Assembly: GCA_934661375.1 (NCBI GenBank)
Contig: CAKUJH010000005.1
Location: forward strand, 2,498 to 66,497
Length of the DNA: 64,000 bases
Direction of reading: 5' to 3'
Source of the DNA: an uncultured Victivallales bacterium
GTDB lineage: Bacteria > Verrucomicrobiota > Lentisphaeria > Victivallales > UBA1829
The notes beneath the pieces were generated by a model that searched no databases, was not told where the DNA came from, and saw only the letters and a list, made by a program, of their open reading frames with translations. The position numbers and the translations under genes were made by a program. Positions 34,727-42,804 of this stretch are shown here, in pieces. Within the stretch, counting starts at the first letter, position 1, and each line of letters begins with the position of its first letter.

Positions 34727-35905
34727 TCAGGACAGCAGTTTGCGGAAACCGGGGATGCGGTGATAAGTGATCCGGTTGGAATCATGGAATGTGTGCGCGC
34801 CGCGGTATCCGGTACGGCAGACAAATTCAATGTCATCGCCGTCGAACAGCCAGTCCACATACTGGAATCCGGTCAGATGCGCGGAGAAGAATTCACTCAT
34901 TCCGGTGTCATCCTTCAGAATCTGCTTGATCATGCGCCAGTTCCGCAAATCTTCGGAAACCGCCAGATCCAGCTCATGCCGTTCACAGAAATAGTCCGGA
35001 TTGTCCACATAATTGGTCAGGGTGAAATACAGTCCGGTAACGGGATCTTTGCGGGGAATGAACCGGGAGTGTCCGCCGGGGAAATCAATGATGCCGGATG
35101 CGTAATCGAAACTCAGACGCGAGCCGTCATCGGACACATCCAGAATTGCCGCTTTGTTCGGCTGCGCCAGATGAATCCGTGTCATGTATTTGAGACTTCC
35201 GTCCGGCGCTTCGATCAGATTGCCTTCCAGCCAGCCGCTGACCTGCAGCACAGGGTCTGCGTGTTTCAGCCGTCCTTCCAGCAGCCCGCTGGTCTCCACC
35301 GGCAGTTTCTGATCAGGAACTTTGGTCCGTTCAAACGGCAGCGCATTGCTTTCGCTCCAGTTGGCGGCGTCCAGCAGATCCGCATCTTCCGGAACAGCAA
35401 AAATCATGGCGCTTTCCCGGTCCGGACGGTATACCGGAGCGGTTCCGTCGGCATACAGCAGATCCGCGGGAATCATCAGTCTGCCGTTCCGGATGATTTT
35501 GGCGCAGACGCCTGTGGTGTAGTTCGGCATGGTGTACCCTTCGCTGGCTTTGCGGAGCAGACCGCTCCGGCTGTCCGTCGGATATGTCCAGGTGAGGCCG
35601 CCGTCCGTACTGCGGCGGATGACCAGATCGCCGTATTCCCGCGTAACGCCGAACAGATACAGACTGCCGCGGTGAAGGAACAGCGTTCCCCAGTACATGT
35701 TGACCAGGTGAGTGATGGAAACCCAGTCTTTTCCGTTGTTGTAAGAATGGTATATACTGGTCAAACCCGGACGGTTGTCCGCGGCGGCTGCTCCGAAGTA
35801 ATCGTGGCTCACCACCAGGGTTCCGTCCGGCATACGCACCATGGACGGTGTGCCGAGGTACGTTCCGGTCATTTCGACCTGATGCCTTATTTCTGAGAAT
35901 ATCAT
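34727..35905 (-). CDS. BNR/Asp-box beta-propeller glycosidase (sialidase-like), no signal peptide
   Basis: 392 aa. It has an Asp-box STDGGLTW and a degenerate copy (YNNGKDW). The repeat-like composition suggests a beta-propeller. Confidence 0.65.
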   Translation of the reverse strand: MIFSEIRHQVEMTGTYLGTPSMVRMPDGTLVVSHDYFGAAAADNRPGLTSIYHSYNNGKDWVSITHLVNMYWGTLFLHRGSLYLFGVTREYGDLVIRRSTDGGLTWTYPTDSRSGLLRKASEGYTMPNYTTGVCAKIIRNGRLMIPADLLYADGTAPVYRPDRESAMIFAVPEDADLLDAANWSESNALPFERTKVPDQKLPVETSGLLEGRLKHADPVLQVSGWLEGNLIEAPDGSLKYMTRIHLAQPNKAAILDVSDDGSRLSFDYASGIIDFPGGHSRFIPRKDPVTGLYFTLTNYVDNPDYFCERHELDLAVSEDLRNWRMIKQILKDDTGMSEFFSAHLTGFQYVDWLFDGDDIEFVCRTGYRGAHTFHDSNRITYHRIPGFRKLLS

Positions 35906-35965
35906 GTCCCGTGTCCTTTCTGCTCTCTGTTGCTGCTTGTCATCGGAAATTTTTTCTGATATTCA

Positions 35966-36015
35966 ATTATAATCGGAAATGGATCGGTTGACAAGTTCAA
36001 ATAGTATGATATAGT
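35966..36015. promoter_or_regulatory. back-to-back divergent sigma70-like promoters (AraC gene / BNR-glycosidase operon)
   Basis: The + strand reads TTGACA (35988-35993), a 16-nt spacer, then TATAGT (36010-36015). The - strand reads TTGTCA (35994-35989), a 17-nt spacer, then TATAAT (35971-35966). The two -35 hexamers overlap. Confidence 0.45.
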
Positions 36016-36040
36016 AGATAAAAAAGAGGATATTTAAGAC

Positions 36041-36970
36041 ATGCAGCAGGAAATATTCAATCAGCGTTTGCAGGCGGTAACTTCATCCATGGAGGCGTTC
36101 CGGGTGGGACCATTGAGTGTGAAGGTAACCAATTTTCATGATTCCCGGCGGGGCGCATTCACGACTACCGTGCATGAGCATTACTATTATGAGTTCTGCT
36201 ATGTGAGGAACAACAGCTGTATCTATCAGGTTCAGGAACAGAATATTATTTTGCAGGAAAACGACGGCCGCTGTGTCCTGATTCCGTCGGCACTGCCGCA
36301 TCTTCGGAAAGTTACCGGGAAATACAACACTCTCACCGGTTCCACGCTGGCGCATCTGCTCATAAATCCGTTTGCTCCGGAATACCAGCTGAATCTGTCC
36401 ATGTTCCGCGAGGCGATCGCCAAACGGAATTGCCAGTTCCGCTGCTCCGCTTTATTCCGGATGCTGGAAAGTCAGCTCCGGTCCATTGTGGAAAAGCATG
36501 AACCTTACTGGCAGGAATACGCTTCCTGCAAACTGCGGGAGCTGATCCTGAGTTTCTTTCAGGAAAATTTTCCGGAACTGCCCGTCAATGAAGGTGTTGC
36601 ACATGTTGCAAAAAATCAGGAAGTGATCGGGCGTCTTCTTTATATGATTGCGGTGTGGAGCAATTTTTCCATGGATGCGCGCAGTTTTGCGGAGGCGGTC
36701 GGTTTTTCGGAACGGCACCTGTCCCGGATTGTGGAAGCGGAATTCGGCATGTCTCTGGGAAAATTCATCATGCTGAAACGTCTGGAATACGCCAAGGAAC
36801 TTCTGGCAGGAAACCGGCAGCTGGTGAAAGACGTCGCCGCCACTCTCGGTTTTCACGACACCAGCCACTTCTGCCGGGTATTCCGTCATTTCTTCGGAAT
36901 TACACCGAAACAGTATGTTCAGCAACAGCAGCGCGCCGCCCGTGAACCGGAAAATGATCTGGAGGAATGA
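36041..36970 (+). CDS. AraC-family transcriptional regulator
   Basis: The C-terminal double HTH is FAEAVGFSERHLSRIVEAEFG...VKDVAATLGFHDTSHFCRVFRHFFGITPKQY. The N-terminal domain is cupin-like. Confidence 0.85.
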   Translation: MQQEIFNQRLQAVTSSMEAFRVGPLSVKVTNFHDSRRGAFTTTVHEHYYYEFCYVRNNSCIYQVQEQNIILQENDGRCVLIPSALPHLRKVTGKYNTLTGSTLAHLLINPFAPEYQLNLSMFREAIAKRNCQFRCSALFRMLESQLRSIVEKHEPYWQEYASCKLRELILSFFQENFPELPVNEGVAHVAKNQEVIGRLLYMIAVWSNFSMDARSFAEAVGFSERHLSRIVEAEFGMSLGKFIMLKRLEYAKELLAGNRQLVKDVAATLGFHDTSHFCRVFRHFFGITPKQYVQQQQRAAREPENDLEE

Positions 36971-37053
36971 CCGGATATGACAGTTTTCCGGCTTTTTTTA
37001 GCGGATTGTCGCTTCTTTCCTCTTTTTTGTCCATTTTATACCATCTTCTCCTG

Positions 37054-37081
37054 TTGTCAAAGATTCAAAAACAAATATAAT
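37054..37081 (+). promoter_or_regulatory. sigma70-like promoter giving a ~220-nt leader for the pilin-like gene
   Basis: TTGTCA (37054-37059), a 16-nt spacer, then TATAAT (37076-37081), within an AT-rich intergenic island. Confidence 0.4.
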
Positions 37082-37224
37082 ATGCTATTGAAGGCAGTAA
37101 TTTCAGAAGTCATTGACGAATGTCTATTTGAAATTGCAGATGACAACCGGGTAATGAAAAATAGAAAAAACGAAGGGAAAGAACATGGAACCGGAATTCT
37201 TATGAAACTTTTAGAAGGAGAACA

Positions 37225-37354
37225 TCGCATAACATTGATTATGTGACAGAGAAAAGATGATTTTGAGTATGAAAATAAACAGACAGAGTGAACAAGGAGG
37301 TACAAAATGAAGAAAAACAAGTTTGGCGGGTTAAACATAATCAATGTTATGCGA
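37225..37354. repeat. perfect 20-bp inverted repeat with 90-nt spacer enclosing RBS and start codon of the pilin-like gene
   Basis: Arm 1 is TCGCATAACATTGATTATGT (37225-37244) and arm 2 is ACATAATCAATGTTATGCGA (37335-37354). They are exact reverse complements. Confidence 0.9.
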
Positions 37355-38098
37355 CGGAGTTTTACACTTATAGAACTGCTGGTCGTTATAGCGATCATTG
37401 CAATTCTTGCCGGTATGCTGCTCCCTGCATTGAACAAAGCCAGACAATCCGCACAGAGAATTTCGTGTGTGGCAAATCTGAAACAGATCGGAACGCAGAT
37501 GGCGGTTTATGAAAGCGACCATCAGAGTTATCCGCTGGGATTCATGGCTGCCGGCAGCAACGACAATCAGAATTATGCCTGGCACCTGTATCTGTTCGGC
37601 AAACTGGATACCAGCATTGTCAATATCTGGTCCAAAACGCCGGCAGCTTCTCTGAAAGTGCTGAAATGTCCGAGCGACAATATTCCGGCGGACGCACCCA
37701 CTCAGCCGAAATTGTCCTACGCCTATAACCGCAACTCTTTGGGCTGGCTGAAAGCGGATGGAAAATTCATGACTCCGCCGGATGACTCCTACGGCTCGCT
37801 GAACAGCGATATCCGCAACAACCGCGGCAATAAAAGCCCGTCCAAAATCACCGTGGTGTTTGATTTCGGCTGCAAATCCCGTGCCAGCAACGCCGGCACG
37901 CAAAGTCTCCAGTGGCTGCTGCCCATCGGGTCTTATACCCTGGGCGGACTTAACGATCCTGATGCATCCCACAAGTCCGGCTCCAACTGGATGTTCTGGG
38001 ACGGCCATGTGGAATGGCTGAGACCGCACGCCATGGATGCGACCGCATTCACCTTGAAATACCTCTACAACGGGAAGAATTTCTCCCGTTACTGGTAA
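37307..38098 (+). CDS. prepilin-type N-terminal cleavage/methylation domain protein with H-X9-DG motif (DUF1559-like pseudopilin)
   Basis: It has [27 protein letters not shown] and a C-terminal [12 protein letters not shown] (H-X9-DG). AAGGAGG lies 7 nt before ATG 37307. An alternative start is ATG 37349 ([11 protein letters not shown]). Confidence 0.85.
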   Translation: MKKNKFGGLNIINVMRRSFTLIELLVVIAIIAILAGMLLPALNKARQSAQRISCVANLKQIGTQMAVYESDHQSYPLGFMAAGSNDNQNYAWHLYLFGKLDTSIVNIWSKTPAASLKVLKCPSDNIPADAPTQPKLSYAYNRNSLGWLKADGKFMTPPDDSYGSLNSDIRNNRGNKSPSKITVVFDFGCKSRASNAGTQSLQWLLPIGSYTLGGLNDPDASHKSGSNWMFWDGHVEWLRPHAMDATAFTLKYLYNGKNFSRYW

Positions 38099-38172
38099 GC
38101 TTCAGAACACGACATTCCTTCCTGCGGGGGGAGGAGTGTCTTTTGCATTTCAATACAGAAAGCCGCATACGC

Positions 38173-40482
38173 ATGAACAAGCAAAATTACAAACCACTGC
38201 CGTTCTATTTCATCAACACGACAAAACCGGAAGAACTGGACGCAGCAACGGCGGAAAGACGTCTGCGTGATCTGGCGGACGCCGGATTCGGTGGAGCCGT
38301 TCTGTTCAACAAACCGCCGGACGGATTTGACCGGGAACAGTATCTTTCCGAATTCTGGTTTGAAACGATCGGTCATTTTCTGGCAGCCGCAGAGAAACTG
38401 CATCTGGAAATCTGGATCAATGACGGCTGGGACTATCCGCCGGGCGATGCGGGGAACCGGATTCGGGAACGTGCGCCGGAACTGGTTCAGATGCGGCTGA
38501 CGCTGAAAGACGGCGAAGCGGTGCCGGTGGTCTGTTCCTGGGGATTCCCCGCTTTCGAGGAACCGGAAAGTTCGCGTCTGTTCATCGAACTGGTTTATGA
38601 AGAATACAGAAAACGTTTCCGGAAATATTTCGGGAATGTGCTGCGCGGTTTCTTTTCCGACGCCGACAACCGGCGTTACAACCATTTCACCCGTGCGGAA
38701 ATGAAGGGAGAACGGTATTATCCGTGGTCGCGGAATTTCGCCGCGGTTTTTCAGCGGAAATATGGTTATGACATCCTGCCACTGCTGAAAGAAATCATGA
38801 CGGATGAAAAGCACCCGGCGTCGCTTCACTACTGGGAACTGGCTTCGGAACTGTATCAGAACTGGTTCCGGAACAACTATCAGTGGTGCATCGCCAACGG
38901 GTTGGAATATGCGTTCCACACATCGGATACCGGACCGTTTCCTTATGCGCAATGCGACCGTTCTTCGGTGTTCACGGAAGGTGAAACCCTGCGTCTGCTG
39001 TCCTGGTCAAGCCGTCCGGGAACGGACCATGAGCTGGCGGAGCTGGACGGCGGCACGCATTATGACAGCCGCTACTTCACCCCGAAGGCGCAATACGGCG
39101 GCAGCTGCACGGTCAATCCGCATTTTCATCAGACGAAATGGGATCTGCGCGCCAAGTATGCGGCGTCCGCGGCATGGCTGTACGGACGCGAACGCGTATT
39201 GTGTGAAGCCTTTGCCGCGACCAACTGGAGTTCTTCGCCGGAACTGCTGCGCCGGATTGCCGCCTGGCAGATCATGCAGGGAATCAATTTCTTCATTCCG
39301 CACGCGGTTCACCATGTTTTCCGCGGTGCAACGAAAATTTTTGCTCCGCCGGAACTGCTGCATCTGCCGGGAATCCGGGAACTGAACGGTTTTCTGGAAA
39401 AATATTCCTTCATTGCGGCGCAGGGAAAATACGCTGATCCGGTCCGGATTGCTGATCCCACCCGGAAAATCTGGCAGGGATCGCAGGACAGCATTTTTGA
39501 TCTGTGCGATGAACTGTCCCGCCGGGCAGTCAATTATGTGGTCGTTCCGGACGGTTCAGAGAATCCGGATATTCCGGAAGAGTTTGCCTCGTTTGACGGC
39601 GGAGAGCTGGCATGGATGCTTCGGGAACTGGCGGACGGGACACGCTATATTCTTGCCGCGAATATCTGGGCGGATCGTGAGCTGTCCGGAACGCTGGTCT
39701 TCAACGGCAGGAAATATCCAGCCGCCTTTGCTCCGGGCGAAATCGGCGTATTCGGCGGTCCGTATGAATGCTGGCGCAGAAGTACGGCGGTTATCTGCTG
39801 CCGGGAATTACCGATGCCCTGTCCAGTGCAGTGGAATCAGCTGAACAACATCACGCTTTTCCAGCCGGGAGAGTTCACGGTTGAGGAAAAAGTCGGGGAA
39901 CTCCGTCTGCTGGTTCCGGCGGGAACGGATGTCCGGCTGGACGGCGCAGCGTTTCCCGGCGGGAAACCGTGTCCGGTTTTTGATGATGCGTACACGGAAT
40001 ATGTGTTTGAGCCGGAACCGGGTGTTCATAAGCTGGATTTTTCCGGTGTTCAGGCACATATGCCGGTCTATCTCCGGGGCGGATTTGATGTGAGTACGGA
40101 ACAGCTGGTGTTCCAGAGTTACGAAATGAGCGTAGCGGCTCCGGCATTGCGTCTTTCCCCGCGCCGGAAACAGCTGTCTGCCGGCTCCTGGGCGGATCAG
40201 GGACAGGTTTTCTATTCCGGCAGCGCGGATTATTTTTTCACGGCGGAGTGTCTGGGAGAAAACGCGCTGGAAGTGTTCACTGCGGGAAACACAGCGGAAC
40301 TGTTCATTGATGAAGAACCGGCGGGCAGACAGGTCTGGGCACCGTACGAGTTCCGCTTTCCTGCACTGCACGGCAGACATGAATTCCGGGTCCGTCTGAC
40401 GAACACGAATGCCAATCAGCTGGAAGGCTGGCGTGCGGTTTCGGGTATTCTTGCGCCGCCGCGGCTGAAAATCATATCCTGA
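38173..40482 (+). CDS. large putative glycoside hydrolase (GH106-like/unassigned TIM-barrel family), no signal peptide
   Basis: 769 aa from ATG 38173. N-terminal PLPFYFINTTKPEELD...LADAGFGGAVLF...YLSEFWFE...LHLEIWINDGWDYPPGDAG resembles the N-terminal pattern of a widespread 'glycosyl hydrolase' family. I cannot assign the family by eye. Confidence 0.6.
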   Translation: MNKQNYKPLPFYFINTTKPEELDAATAERRLRDLADAGFGGAVLFNKPPDGFDREQYLSEFWFETIGHFLAAAEKLHLEIWINDGWDYPPGDAGNRIRERAPELVQMRLTLKDGEAVPVVCSWGFPAFEEPESSRLFIELVYEEYRKRFRKYFGNVLRGFFSDADNRRYNHFTRAEMKGERYYPWSRNFAAVFQRKYGYDILPLLKEIMTDEKHPASLHYWELASELYQNWFRNNYQWCIANGLEYAFHTSDTGPFPYAQCDRSSVFTEGETLRLLSWSSRPGTDHELAELDGGTHYDSRYFTPKAQYGGSCTVNPHFHQTKWDLRAKYAASAAWLYGRERVLCEAFAATNWSSSPELLRRIAAWQIMQGINFFIPHAVHHVFRGATKIFAPPELLHLPGIRELNGFLEKYSFIAAQGKYADPVRIADPTRKIWQGSQDSIFDLCDELSRRAVNYVVVPDGSENPDIPEEFASFDGGELAWMLRELADGTRYILAANIWADRELSGTLVFNGRKYPAAFAPGEIGVFGGPYECWRRSTAVICCRELPMPCPVQWNQLNNITLFQPGEFTVEEKVGELRLLVPAGTDVRLDGAAFPGGKPCPVFDDAYTEYVFEPEPGVHKLDFSGVQAHMPVYLRGGFDVSTEQLVFQSYEMSVAAPALRLSPRRKQLSAGSWADQGQVFYSGSADYFFTAECLGENALEVFTAGNTAELFIDEEPAGRQVWAPYEFRFPALHGRHEFRVRLTNTNANQLEGWRAVSGILAPPRLKIIS

Positions 40483-40500
40483 AAAATGACCCTCATTCCC

Positions 40501-40544
40501 CCAACCCCCGGAAACGCTGTTTCGGCAGTGCTTCCGGGGGTTGG
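40501..40544 (+). terminator. strong hairpin after the GH gene (terminator candidate, poor U-tract)
   Basis: CCAACCCCCGGAA (40501-40513) and TTCCGGGGGTTGG (40532-40544) form a 13-bp perfect GC-rich stem. It is followed only by CTTTCT. Confidence 0.5.
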
Positions 40545-40616
40545 CTTTCTGCGCTGCCGGAATTGCATTTTCGCCGGAATTGTGTATATTATTGTTCATT
40601 TACCAGTGAGGAAAAC

Positions 40617-41438
40617 ATGAAACAGTATTTTGACAGGGTCCGGGCGGAACATCCGCTCATCCATTGCATCACGAATTATGTTACGGTCAATGACTGCGCC
40701 AATATTCTGCTGGCGTGCGGGGCGTCGCCCATTATGGCGGACGATGCCGCGGAAACGGCGGAAATCACCTCCATCTGCGCGGGAACGGTGCTGAACATCG
40801 GCACGCTCAATTCCCGGACGGTTGAATCCATGCTTTCCGCCAGCCGCCGCGCGAAGGAACTGGGGCATCCGGTGGTGCTGGATCCCGTGGGTGCAGGGGC
40901 GTCCCGGCTGCGAACGGAAACAGCCATGCGTATTCTGTCGGAAGTCCAGCCGGATGTGGTCCGCTGCAATATGTCCGAACTCAAAATGATGATGAATGCC
41001 GGCTCGGTCAGCCGCGGAGTTGATGCCGCGGAGATTGACCGCATCACGGATGAAAATCTGGCATCCGGTGCGGAACTGCTGTGTGAATTTTCCCGGAAGA
41101 ATCATTGCGTAACCGCCGTTTCCGGAGCCATCGACCTGATTGCCGCGCCGGATGGACGGGTCTGCGCGGTCCGCAACGGACATCCCATGATGTCGGCAAT
41201 TACGGGCAGCGGCTGTATGTTGAGTGTGGTTACCGGAGCTTTTGCCGCGGCGTCCGGCGGAAAATATTTTGAAAGTGTCTGCGCCGCATTCTGCGCCATG
41301 GGGATTGCCGGAGAACGCGCCCAGGCTCTGCTGCTGCCGCAGGAAGGAAATGCCACATACCGCAATCGTCTGATCGATGCGTTTTACTGCGCCGATACAG
41401 CGGACTGGGAAAGGAGTGTCCGCTGTGAAATGCACTGA
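40617..41438 (+). CDS. thiM: hydroxyethylthiazole kinase
   Basis: HCITNYVTVNDCANILLACGASPIMAD and VLDPVGAGASRLR are present. Start is ATG 40617. Confidence 0.9.
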   Translation: MKQYFDRVRAEHPLIHCITNYVTVNDCANILLACGASPIMADDAAETAEITSICAGTVLNIGTLNSRTVESMLSASRRAKELGHPVVLDPVGAGASRLRTETAMRILSEVQPDVVRCNMSELKMMMNAGSVSRGVDAAEIDRITDENLASGAELLCEFSRKNHCVTAVSGAIDLIAAPDGRVCAVRNGHPMMSAITGSGCMLSVVTGAFAAASGGKYFESVCAAFCAMGIAGERAQALLLPQEGNATYRNRLIDAFYCADTADWERSVRCEMH

Positions 41439-42060
41439 AGAATCCATGCGGCTGTATGCCGTAACCGGCGGAACATCCGCATTGCCACTGACGGAACAGG
41501 TGCGTCAGGCGGTTGCCGGTGGTGCAACTTTTGTTCAGCTTCGGGAAAAAACACTCGATCATGCCGCCATTGTGCGGGAAGCCCTGGAACTCAAGGAGAT
41601 CTGCGCGGCGGCAAAGATCCCGCTGGTCATTGATGATGATGTTCAGGCAGCATTGGAAGCGGATGTGGACGGTGTGCATGTCGGGCAGTCCGACATGGCA
41701 CTGGCGGAAGCCCGGCGTCTGCTCGGTCCGGAGAAAATCGTCGGGGTTTCCGTGCATACCGTGGAAGAAGCTCTGGCGGCGGAACGCGGCGGCGCGGATT
41801 ACCTGGGGGTGGGTGCGATGTTTGCCACTGCCACGAAAACCGATGCCGAAGTGTTGTCCTTCGAAACCTTGCGGGCAATTGGTGAGACAGTGCAGATTCC
41901 GGTGGTGGTGATCGGCGGAATTTCACTGGAGAATCTGCCGCGTTTCGCCGGAAGCGGTGCAGACGGTGCGGCGGTGGTTTCCGCCATATTCTCGCAGCCG
42001 GACATCCGCAAGGCCGCGGCAGAACTGCGGTCGCTGGCGGACCGGGTCTTCGCGGAATGA
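41425..42060 (+). CDS. thiE: thiamine-phosphate synthase
   Basis: LYAVTGG, FVQLREK, VIDDDVQAALEADVDGVHVGQSD, GVGAMFATATK and VVVIGGI are present. GTG 41425 has AAGGAG 8 nt upstream. An alternative start is ATG 41446. Confidence 0.85.
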   Translation: MKCTEESMRLYAVTGGTSALPLTEQVRQAVAGGATFVQLREKTLDHAAIVREALELKEICAAAKIPLVIDDDVQAALEADVDGVHVGQSDMALAEARRLLGPEKIVGVSVHTVEEALAAERGGADYLGVGAMFATATKTDAEVLSFETLRAIGETVQIPVVVIGGISLENLPRFAGSGADGAAVVSAIFSQPDIRKAAAELRSLADRVFAE

Positions 42061-42063
42061 GTT

Positions 42064-42804
42064 TCAGGAGACAATCTGAAAATCCAGCATGACCGGCAGG
42101 TGATCGGAGGCTTTTTCCGTGCCGACTTCAAAGCGGAGCGGACGGATCTGCGGGGAATAAAGAATGTAGTCCAGCTGCTGTTCCGGTTTCCAGGAGGGGA
42201 AAGTCGGCTGATTGGTGCGGTTGGCGGATTTCAGACCGAGTTCCTTCATGAAGGCGCGCAGTTCGCCTTTGCCGCGGAACAGATTGAAGTCGCCGCCGAC
42301 CAGATACGGAGTCCGGATCGGCCGCAGAATTTCCTTCAGAGCGTTCAGCTGTTCATTCCGCACCGACGCCGAAAGTGCCAGATGCAGCAGAAAAAAACGG
42401 ACTCCGCCGCTTTCCGTTTCCAGTGCCAGCCGTTTCATGCCGGACGGAAAATAATGAAAGGCGCAGGGGGTGCGCGGGGAACGGGTCAGAAAAACATTGG
42501 ACTGTTCCCGCAGAATCGGTATCCGGCGGGGCAGGGAACCCGGCGCGTATTTGACTGCCCCGTGTGCGTACAGATGCAGCGCACGGGCAATCATGATTCC
42601 CTGATCCGCATAATCGGTACGGAATGAACCGCGGTCCACTTCGAGCAGCCCGGCGACATCGGGATTCCGTTCCGCAAGACAGTCAATCACTTTTTCCAGA
42701 TGCGTCCGCTCTGTCCGCAGATAACGGGGCAGGGACAGCAGCTGTCCGCAGCGTCCGCCGGGTGCGCCCGTCCCGTAGGCAATATTGTAGATCAGGAATT
42801 TCAT
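42064..42804 (-). CDS. endonuclease/exonuclease/phosphatase (EEP) family protein
   Basis: 246 aa from ATG 42802-42804. MKFLIYNIAYG, LLEVD, VGGDFNLF and ASDHLPV are present. The start overlaps the trxB stop (ATGA). Confidence 0.8.
   Translation of the reverse strand: MKFLIYNIAYGTGAPGGRCGQLLSLPRYLRTERTHLEKVIDCLAERNPDVAGLLEVDRGSFRTDYADQGIMIARALHLYAHGAVKYAPGSLPRRIPILREQSNVFLTRSPRTPCAFHYFPSGMKRLALETESGGVRFFLLHLALSASVRNEQLNALKEILRPIRTPYLVGGDFNLFRGKGELRAFMKELGLKSANRTNQPTFPSWKPEQQLDYILYSPQIRPLRFEVGTEKASDHLPVMLDFQIVS

Noticed and set aside
36977-37246. 89-aa + strand ORF (and the 126-aa minus ORF 37057-37437) in the AT-rich leader before the pilin-like gene
   Set aside because: It has no SD and spans a predicted terminator and promoter. 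The reading frame probably results from low GC. A short uORF cannot be excluded.
37225-37354. Interpretation of the 20-bp inverted repeat as a MITE/transposon remnant
   Set aside because: No target-site duplication flanks the arms (…GAGAACA / CGGAGTT…). There is no second copy in the window and no transposase. It is kept as a finding with RNA-helix and invertible-segment hypotheses instead.
40483-40616. Expected TPP riboswitch upstream of thiM
   Set aside because: I could not find the conserved THI-box segments (CUGAGA..., ACCUGAUCUGGAUAAUGCCAGCG-like) by eye. It is reported as an absence to be confirmed with Rfam, not as a feature.
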